DNA of 64,000 nt from Felis catus (Eukaryota): NCBI RefSeq assembly GCF_018350175.1, contig NC_058368.1, forward strand, positions 121,894,001 through 121,958,000. The letters are read 5' to 3'. The notes below the pieces were generated by a model. It saw nothing but the letters and a program-made list of their open reading frames with translations, was not told where the DNA came from and did no database searches. Positions within the stretch are counted from its first letter, which is position 1. Each line of letters begins with the position of its first letter. This document shows, one piece after another, positions 54,134-64,000 of the stretch. Position numbers and translations under genes: made by a program.

Positions 54134-57100
54134 AAGAAAGCTTTGCCCAAGAATTCTGAGAAACACAAATAATGCAAGTGCCCTGCCCTACAATCATGAA
54201 TTAGTATTTTCTTAGAAGACAGAGGCTATAAGAAATCATCATGAAAACTTGGGAGTCAGATAGACTAGGTTTGATTCCCAGTCCTGGCATTTTCTAGCCA
54301 TGAGATCTTGGGAGAAATCCTTGTCTACTCTAAGACTCCGTTTCTACTTCTGTGTAATGCATTCAATTAACAAATACATGGCCGACCATGTGCCACACAC
54401 TCTTCTAGGTGTTGGAGCTACGGGAGAAAACACAACGTGGTTCCTTTCTCTTGGAGCTTACATTTGAGTGGAGGTGGAGGGGCAGCAGAAAATGGACAAA
54501 TGGTTTCTCAGGTAAGGATACAAGCTAACAAAAGAGGGGGAGGGTAAAGCCACCGAGAGTGAATGGGAAGATGTGAGTGTACAATGTTCCCTCTGGTATT
54601 CTAGGGGAACTTCTCTGAGGGAGGAAGGCTCTGGATGGTCCAGAGAGGATAACAGAATGTCCCTGGCAGAGTTACTGCTAGAACTACTTGGTACAGAGAT
54701 GTGAAACGCAGCACCTGGCATATAGTAAGCGTGTAATAAACATGGCTATTATTATTATTATTATTAATATTAGCCGTAAGGAATATTTAGATAAAATCCA
54801 TTAAAAAACAGGAATTCATTACATCCCCTTTATTTTTGGGAGAGGTTACGGCAAGTCACAGCTTGGTAGATCACACCTTCTGAAATCTCTATTTATAACT
54901 AGTTAAAAAGCAAATTCCAATCTGGCCTAGGTTTCCAGGACACTGGAAGCCAACCATAATGAGGTGAATAATAACTCCAGGCTCATCCTGCAGGGAGAAA
55001 TATGCTAAGTGTGATTTCTCACCACTCAGCTTCCATCTCAGGCTGATGAAGTTACTTGAACTATGAGTTTCTGTTGCCTAGAAAGGGGCTCTGAGGGTTT
55101 CTTACCTCTGGGTATTGGGAGGCTGGGAAAGAAGGGCAGGAAGAATCATGCTAAGTAGAACTGCAGAAGACCTCAGGGTCATTGCTTCTGCATGCTGAGG
55201 TCAGAGATCTGGAATCTCACTGTGTATGAACGTGTGGGTAAGAAAGAAAGAGGAGTGGGTGGAAAGGGAGAGAGAGACAGACAGACACTATCCTGGAATA
55301 ATAATGGCACTAATTAAGAAAAAACATTTCAAATCCTCAAATGTCTGTGTCTAAGTGTAACATTTTTAGTCCCAGCTCTGGAATAACCAGTTGGCAGACA
55401 ATGGACAAGTCACTTCTCTGAGTCTGTACCAGGTTTAAGGGCTCAGGTCCAAGAGCAAAGTAGGTCAAGATTTGATTCTTAGCCCTGCATGATCTTGGGC
55501 ATATTACTTAACCTCTCTGAGCTTCATCTGTACAATGAGTATTTAATGGCGAACCAAACGTCATGTGGTAGCTAGTGCAGAAAGAGTGTGCAGTATGATG
55601 CATGGGATATAATAAATGCTCAATAAATACTAGATGCCAGCATTTTCACCGGCCAAATACTTATCCTTTCTCACTGGCTGTTCTGAAGATGAATCAAGGG
55701 ATTAGGTGAAAAAAAACCACTTTGTGATATAAATGGCATTTTATAGCTATAAGGTGTTATTATTAAATTATCATTATGATTATTGCTTTCAATGTTATGA
55801 TACTGAGCAGGAGATATGGTTTTCACAGAAGTGCTTCTCATAGTCTCTTTGGGTAATGAGTGACGGGATTGAAAAAGCTATCTTCCATGAAAAAAGGGGG
55901 AAAAAAAAAGCCACATTCTTGCTTTGAAAAGCTGAGCCTCCTAGCACTGAAACAGATCAGGTTCATTACTCAATGAGGATTAATTAGCTGTCGGGTATTA
56001 TTAAACGTTCTCACTCTCAAGATCCACATAGAACTGGAAACTATGAAAGTGAGCAAGAGATAATCATTAGACAGGGAAGGGGGGAAAAGCTACAAATGCT
56101 GGTAATGCAAATTTTGAGAGAGGAGCATGTTAGTAAAATACAGGCTGATTAATATCACGTCAGCTCATTTTCTGTTTGGAGTCATTGTTCTGAATCCCAG
56201 GTCTTCAGAGTTGCTTGGGTTTTTTTTTCTTCTACTACTGGGATCAAAAAGGAAAGGAGGCTGGCCTTTTCAGTGTTTTCATCCAAGAATGCTGCAGGGT
56301 GGATGATTACACTGAAACACAGTATATTTGAAAGCCTAGGAAAGTAGATGGGGTGAAATCGAATATGGGTAATTACAATATTATAGCAAATGTGTCTCTC
56401 AGGTTGGTACAGTAACTATTGAAATGATTGAAAAGTAGCAGAGGCTCATAAAAAATCATAGCTCAGGGGAACCTTAAAAGATGATAGAATCCAGTGACCA
56501 CAGACCTACTGTCTTAACTACAGGGGCTTGTGTTAAAGATGTCCATTCCTCAAGATCACTCAATTTGCTAAAGGGAATCACTGGGGCTGGGGCCGAGGGA
56601 TCTGAATTTGTAACTAGGACCGTGGATAAAAAGCATGGACTATGCAGTCCTCTGTGTGGCAGCTTAGAAACTAGCATGGAGAGAAGAAATGTGATTCACT
56701 GGCCCAGGGTCACACAGCTGGTTAAGAAGAAAGCAAGAATCAGAACTGGGGTTTTCAAACTTCCAGCCACACCTCAAGGCTTCCTTCCATGTCTGGTATG
56801 TACAAAATCTACTTCATAACATCACCGTCTCACCATAGGGAGAATCTCTGCTCTAAAGGAAACATGCACATAGGCCTTCTCTTCATCATGGGGACAACAT
56901 CTCTGAGTAGCTAACCACAGATGTATGAAGTCCCATAGGATGCCACAGCCAACAGGAATTCATTGTGGGAACTACAGATGGCATCTGAGAAAGTCCATTC
57001 ACAGAGAAAACAGGACAAGGTGACATGTGGGCAGAAGTTCATGTCGTGAACCCCCCAGTGGCACCTAAGCCATCTGTGTTCCTTATAGGATTGCAAAGTT

Positions 57101-58165
57101 CCAAGGGGCTACAGATGGTCTTACTCCCTTTGGATAGGCAGCAGACTGTCTGCCACTTATTAGACATCAGTGAAGAGTTTGTGGAATGAATACCACCGTA
57201 TAAAAAGTATATGAAAAGGACAAGAATATACATTTTTTCCTGTCAGTAGGGAGTAGTAACAGCCATGATAATGATAATGATGAAGATCATATTAAACGGC
57301 CAGCAGGGAACTAACATTATCGAGGGTTATGTGTGAGTGACATTGCACTGGCTAACATTTCATCATGCACAATAGAGCATGGGATCCTTGCAAAACTCCT
57401 GGGAGGCAGTGAATCCTTGTGATGCACATGGGACTTTGGAGGCATAAAGAGTTTGGTTCATATGACCAACGTCCCTGGCTGGAAAGCAATAGAGCCAAAC
57501 TTCTAATCCAGGGCAGACTGACTCAAGGTCCATACTCTTCACTACTCAACCCTCAGGTCTGCAAAACCTCTGAGCATTTAGACCATCAGCCCACTCTGAT
57601 ACAGAGGACTTGCATGGCCATTCTTCAGGCTGAGGAAGCAGGTTGATGAGACGAAGCTGAGAAGCCAACGCTTGTTTGCTCAGAAGAAGCTCAAAGAAAA
57701 ACTAGGTAACCACAAATACTGGGTAAACACATGATAGCCTAGCACTGTGGCCAGCACTGAGCCTGTGCTCAAAAAGTACCCACTGAATAAAGAGAGGAAC
57801 AAATGAATTAATGAATTAATGAACAAATAAACAAGCAAGGTAACCAGGCACATGCTGATCCTTCAGGTCCCATATCTGCTTCTCAACCTATGGTGACAAC
57901 CTCTTTTCCCTACATGTACTGCACTGTCTCTCTGATCTCAGTTTTTGGTCTTTAGTAGGGCAGCTGGTATCTGAAAACACATATTTGAAAGGTTTGAAAG
58001 TCCCTTGGGGCTAGGGCTGGTCTCAAGATGTGGATCTGGGAATGCTGTACCATTCACAGTATGCACATCTAAAACCAAACTCACCACCAACCCCTGAACC
58101 ACTTTACCTTGTGTTTAGAGAGCCTTCCCTTAAAAGTTTGCTCTGAGAAATACATTTCTTAAAAA

Positions 58166-58418
58166 TTTTTATTAAAAAAAAGTTTTTTTAATGTTTATTT
58201 ATTTTTGAGACAGAGAGAGAGACAGCATGAGCGGGGGAGGGTCAGAGAGAGAGGGAGACACAGAATCTGAAGCAGGCTCCAGGCTCTGAGCTGTCAGCCC
58301 AGAGCCTGACGCAGGGCTTGAACTCATGAACAGTGAGATCATGACCTAAGCCAAAATCAGACGCTCAACCAACTAAGCCACCAAGGCACCCCTATTTATT
58401 TTTGAAAGAAGAGCAAGA

Positions 58419-58457
<39 letters not shown>

Positions 58458-58860
58458 CGAGTGCAAAAGCAGGGGATGGGCAGAGAGAGAGGAAGAGAGA
58501 GAATCCCAAGCTAATAGCACAGAGCCTGACAAGGAGGCTGGATCCCACAAATTGAGAAATCATGACCTGAGCTGAAATCAAGATTTGGACGCTTAATCGA
58601 CTGAGCCACCCAGGTGCCTTGAGACATGCATTTTTAAAAAAAATTTGTTTTTAGGTTTATTTATTTATTTTGAAAGAGAGAAAGAGAGAGCAAGCATGAG
58701 CAGAGGAAGGGAGACAGAGAAGAGAGAGAGAATCCCAAGCAGGTTCCACACTGTCAGCGCAGAGCCTGACATGGGGCTCAATACCACAAACTGTGCAATC
58801 ATAACCTGGGCCAAAATGAAGAGTCAGATGCTTAACTGCCTGGGCCACTCAGGTGTCCCC
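58166..58860 (-). mobile_element. Stack of three Can-SINEs (about 58174-58392, 58393-58619, 58641-58860)
   Basis: Three consecutive SINE bodies in the same orientation, each with a head ending c(a/c)aggYRYccc on the plus strand. Confidence 0.88.
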
Positions 58861-59690
58861 AGAAATCCATTTTTAATACCACTTTCCTATGAGACCTTTT
58901 CTGATCTCTAGAACCAAATATAATTTCTTCACCCTTTGATCAAACTGTAACTCTCAGACACTTACTGCATTTAACTTACTCTATTTACTGTCATAAGCAT
59001 TTTTATAGGAGACCTCCAAATCCTTTCATTACCAGACTGTGACTTTTTGGAGGGCAGAAAGGGAGCTACTCATACTGATAGCAGAGATCATATACTGACT
59101 ACCAGCCATGGAAGGAGGGCACATTTTTAGTGAAGTATGAGGTTCACCGTTTAAAGTTTAGTAAGTATGAGGTTCACTGTTTCACAGACAGAGAAACTAA
59201 ACACAAATTGCATGACTCAAGTTCAAAAGGGTTAGGTGACTATGTGAGATTCTATGGAGTGGCAGAATTCAAACCCAGGCCTATGAGATCCAGAAGTTCA
59301 CGTTCTGAACCATGAAACCCCAGCTTGCCACGTGGGTCATCCCATCCCCTATGCCTTGAGTACAGAAACATTTTAGAGAACATGAGCACACAGAGGCTAA
59401 GCATATAGTAACTCATGGCAGTGGCCACGTGGGTGAGTCCTAGGGGGTTAAAAGAAATGCATGAATCTGTAGTCATCAGAGCCTGGCCCCTGTCTTGCCA
59501 CCCCCCCCCCCCCATCTGCCACCAGACACTCAGACAGGTCGAGCTCCCACTTCACCTCCTTTACTCACATGTTATAGTTGCAACCAACCTCTAGCAGCAA
59601 CCCACATGTGGCTGAACCCAGGAACCCTTCCCCTGAGCCTAGTGGCCAAGAGAAGTGAAAGGCAGTGGCCAAAGCTGCCACTGGGCTCAC

Positions 59691-59803
59691 CCGCAAGGTT
59701 GTGATGGTGGCAGGATCCCGGAGCCGGCCCTCCTCATCTTTCAGGTTGTAACCTTCTGGCCTCTTATCACGCTCGCTGACTTTCCACAGCTTCACAGTTT
59801 TAT
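59691..59803 (-). CDS. PPP2R2B: PPP2R2B internal coding exon (113 nt), (D)[37 protein letters not shown]
   Basis: Translation matches B55-beta. Acceptor ..ctccacAG at 59805-59804, donor GTGAGC at 59690. Ends in phase 0, compatible with the next exon. Confidence 0.97.
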
Positions 59804-61349
59804 CTGTGGAGGGCAACCAGAGCAAATCAAAATTACAGTGAAAATGAGCTTGAAAAGGAGCCTTCTATGTGGATGGTGGGGGGTGGGGGCGGGGGTTGGG
59901 GAGCAGGGAGAGGTGGAGGTAAGGATGGAAGGAAATGCTACAGAAGCTGGTTCATATCAAGGGTTCCGAGCATAAATCTCACGTCATCGGAAGGCAGAGC
60001 TCATGTTTCAAATCAAAAGTATACACTGTGCTGAGACCAATGGTTTTCCTGACGATGGCCTATGAAATTTAGAGCTTACACGTTATTTTGGTTCATTCAG
60101 TAAAAATATTTATTGAACACTGAATCAGAGCAGCTACATATACAGAATTAGCTATGTAACTATGTTATCAGCATTTGCTATGGAAAATGTATTTAATGTT
60201 CATAATAACGCTGAGAGGTAGATATTCCCATTTCAGTCCCATCCCACCAAGCACTTCCTTACCATGACCTGAAAGGCCCTCCATGAGCCACGCCTGGAGT
60301 TCCTCATCCTTTCTGGTCTTACCCTGTGAGCCCCAGTCACCCTGCGCTCCAGCCATATGGCTTCTTTATAGCTCCCTGTTCACATTATCCCCACTCCAGC
60401 CTTAGGCTTCCCACGAGCTGTGCCTTTAGCCAGGAAGCCTTCTACCTCCTTGTCACGTGACTTGTTCCTTCACTTGGCTCTATTTGTGTCCCACGCTCAG
60501 AGGGGCCTTTCTGAATCAACCTGCATCAAAATGTCCCCACCATTCTCATGCTGCTCCCCCTGCTTTATGTTTCCTCCTAGAACGTTTCGCTATCTGACAA
60601 CATAACTGTTATGCCTCTCTCACTAGAACATAAAATCCCCGGAGGCAGGGATTCTGTCTTTTTCATCACTACACATCCAGCACCTGTAACAGTGTCTGGG
60701 ACACAGAAGATGTTCAACAAATATTAGTTGGGTGAAAGAATGAACCCCATATCTACACAGTGCATCTTGCTAGCAATACTCAGAGATAGAAAATGGTAGG
60801 ATCATTCATCAAAATGCTCCTCTCCTATTGCAGTCTCCAGGCTTGGAGTCCCCAGCTGGAAACGACCTTTTGCAACTGTGTTCTGTTCCAGCACTTTACA
60901 GTACTTGCTGATATCTGTAATTCTCCACTGCAATAAAACAGGGCAAAATCTCCAATGTCTACAGGGGTGAGGTGGGCCAGGGGAATGAGTGAGAGGGGCT
61001 GAGGGCTTGGAAGGCAGGAGATGGTGAGCTCCATCTGCAGCCTTTCGATCTGTTTCCTAAGAAGATGTGTTTGGGCCAAATAGACCGTATGTGTGGGTCA
61101 CGTGCCCTTTGCAGGCTTTCCTGAACAGGTCCTGCATTCATTATTTGTGCTTGTTCTAGCTTTTCTTGTGCAGGGCAGGGACTCAAAAGCCTTCTCTGCA
61201 TCTTCCTCTGCCTGAACAGGGTTGGCTTTGGAACCAGACAAGCTTGGGCCTCACCCCAACTCCAGCCAGCCGCGTGGCCAAGGACCAGGATTTCTGCGTA
61301 GTAGGTGCCCAGTATCTCTTCAGTGAGAAACAAATGGGCGCGATAGTTT

Positions 61350-61442
61350 TTTCAGGAAAAAGAGTACAGAATGCCTAATTAAATCTGAACTTCAGATGAA
61401 GAGCAAACGACTTTTTAGTATAAGTATGTCTCAAATATTTCA
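61350..61442 (+). mobile_element. MER53-like half element
   Basis: tacagaatgcctaattaaatctgaacttcagat..tttttagtataagtatgtctcaaatatt. Confidence 0.55.
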
Positions 61443-64000
61443 ACCTTACTAATAAAGACACTTAACTTCTCTATGCCTTAGTTTCTTAAATTGTGATTTG
61501 GAGAAAAGTGTCTTCCTCATGGGGCTCTTAGAAGGACTGAATGAAACCCAGTGTTTAACGTAGGGTTGGGGTGTCTAATAATGGTTGACAAATAGCAGCT
61601 GTTACTCGAATTCGCAAAGTGGCCAACTGTTCTTTGACGACAACCTGTTGCTCTGACAGCATTAGCTTCATCCCGTGATCATGTCAGCACACCCTGTTTC
61701 TTCCATAAGAAGAAGAGCCACACCTCACCCAGCCTGTCCCAGGGTTCCCTTTCTCCTTTGTCCCCTCATCTCACCTCCCCACGTCTCCCCACCAAATGCC
61801 TCGTCCTCAGAGGTTTGACATGCATCCCATCCTGAGGTAGGCTTTCAGCAACAATTTGGCTACTTTAACAGGTAAGTGCCCCTGTCTCCTGTTCTCTGGG
61901 GAGGACTCAGGCTGGTCATGTCTACTGGCACGTGTGGCATGGCGGCCAAGTGTAAGATTGGTGTGCTCTGAACTGTGTGCCCCCTCTGGCTTGTACTGGG
62001 ATGGAAGGCAAGGAAGCCTTTCCTAGATACTGAGTTGAATTCACATCGTCCTATCTGTATGCCAACGTTCCTCTGGGCCTCCCTTCTCTGGATATCCTGC
62101 TATAATACTGCACTGCATGTTAGGGTCAGAAACTGAAACAGAGGCCGTATTTATACAGTCACTTGATTAGTGACTGGTCAGCTGTGACTCCGAACAACAC
62201 AGACCAGTGACTTTTAACACCAAATACTTTCTACTGCTTGGCTTTGGAATATATCCCGTCCCGTTTGCAAGGCAATTCTTCTATTTTTCTTATTACGAAT
62301 GACACATTGCTACACGGAGAAATCATAGGTAAAACACAAAAAGCAAGAATCAACTATACCTCCTCCAGTCAGGGACAATATCTGTTTTGCACAGATATTT
62401 GCAGTATTTTTTTCTATGCATTTTTGGGGGATGGGTACGAACCTATTGTAAGACTGCATGTACTGGTTTTGTATTCTCTCATTTTATCCTTCTTTCATTA
62501 TACATGTGGTAAATATAATTGCAAAAAATGAAAATAAGCTGGAAAGTAAAAAAATAAAATAAAATCTCCCTCAATTCCACTAGACAAAGATAACTATTAG
62601 GGAAATTTTGTGCACATCCTTTTATTACATTTGATGTGTAATTATACAACCTTTTCATATATGTAACATGCTATACATAGTTTATAATATGCCTTTTCCT
62701 AATCATATCTACCCATATTAACATATATTCCTATAAAAATATAATTTATAATAGTAAGAATTTGTTAACAATTAAAGTTCTACTATTGGGAGATTTATCA
62801 GTAAATTAGAAAAATGATACAAGGAAATGCCATGCAGTCGTTGAAAATGCAGTGGTATTTTAGAAGAACACTTAACAACTAGGAAGATATTTCTGTGGTT
62901 AAGTGTTATATTATTAAGGAAAAAAATCTTGTTTCAGAACAGCTTATAGAATAATCACATTTTCATTAAGAAGCAAAAAGATTTATCCATTTATCCACAT
63001 CTCTGCTTTTTATCGTTAAAAGACATTAATAGCAGTTCTCTCTTGGTGTAAACACTTTAGTATCTTCATTTTGCTTCTCAGTATTTTCTAAAAAAATTTT
63101 CTTTTTTTACAATGAGCACATACTTCTTTCATAGCATGCAAAAACAAATCAATTATACCTTTCCCTCTCATCATAAGTATTAAAACAGAATTGGAAAGCT
63201 AGATAAAGCAAGGTGTTTTCACCAGGCAAATATTTTCAAAGTCTAGATTGAAAATTGAGCGTTGGTTTTACTTTTCATTAAAAATGGTAAAGTTGACAAA
63301 ATATGCTTGTAGAATGTAAAACTGTACCCAACTATAATGAGATAAGTACAATTTTTTTAAAAAGATAATTGATGCTGAATTCAATCCAATTCCCTATGGC
63401 TGGGTTGCCTGGAGTCATTCTCGACTTTATTATCACACAATTTTTCTTGACTCAGTATCTCGAAGCTTTGTGGATAAAAAAAGTCGAAGGAACATGTGGC
63501 TGTTACTGTGAGTAATGACTTTTCTTTTTTCTGGCTGGCTCTCTGAGTAGTTTATCATTACTTGTGGCAGCTTTTAAACACAATCTTATCATCTATCTTC
63601 ATTTTCTCTTTTGTACAGTAATTCCAATTGTCTTTCATTAATTTTTGCATGTTAACCTATTTGGCTTGAGGGGAATTCTCAACCTCAATATTAGTATAAA
63701 AAAGAAAATTGTGAAAGAACATGGGAATTTTTCTTCTAAGAATCATTTTGAGATGCTGTTGGCATATGAAATAGCATCCCAAATGGGAAGATAATATCCT
63801 TGTTAATCAAAAAACTATTTAAAAACTCAATTAACAGAACATTATGCTATATAATTAATCTTCATTGCATATCAACGATTTCCTTCCCATCCCCCCCACA
63901 AAGCAGTTAATAAGTCTTTGAATTTTATAGTAATAATCAATAGGGTCAGTTTCATAATATCAAGTAAGCTAGCCATAGAAGATAATCAGACACTTTTCCT

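Larger units (their letters stand above)
17687..59690 (-). other. PPP2R2B: U2-type GT-AG intron of PPP2R2B, 42,004 nt
   Basis: GTGAGC donor; pyrimidine-rich acceptor ttgtttctcttgcatcccAG; the flanking exons join in frame (TLR|VPV). Confidence 0.92.

Noticed and set aside
54512..54521. Isolated GTATCCTTA (U12-donor-like) on the gene strand
   Set aside because: Imperfect match with no associated exon or branch box; expected by chance. Similar plus-strand matches near 25442 and 43695 are antisense to the gene.
1..64000. SCA12-type CAG repeat of PPP2R2B; CRISPR arrays or prokaryotic systems
   Set aside because: The CAG repeat lies in the 5' region of the gene, outside this window. The sequence is mammalian and its direct repeats are TSDs or microsatellites, not repeat-spacer arrays.

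Overview
Mammalian genomic DNA, almost certainly a felid (dense cat-type tRNA-derived Can-SINEs and carnivore L1 3' ends). The whole window lies inside PPP2R2B (PP2A regulatory subunit B55-beta), transcribed on the minus strand. Three internal coding exons are present: 59803-59691 (113 nt), 17686-17509 (178 nt) and 3204-3040 (165 nt). They splice in frame and match the human B55-beta WD40 sequence as I recall it. The 14.3-kb intron between the last two exons is a clear minor-spliceosome (U12-type, GT-AG) intron, with a GTATCCTTT donor and a TTCCTTGAC branch box. The rest is intronic: Can-SINEs with target-site duplications (TSDs), L1 fragments, LTR and DNA-transposon relics, microsatellites and a tailless 5S rRNA retropseudogene. 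The most unusual local structures are a head-to-tail double SINE of identical sequence inside one TSD pair, a stack of three SINEs re-using one target, and an L1 copy ending at an internal ATTAAA. I found no convincing previously undescribed biological system. Nearly all ORFs in the track are spurious or repeat-derived. Repeat family names are from recalled consensus sequences, not a database search.
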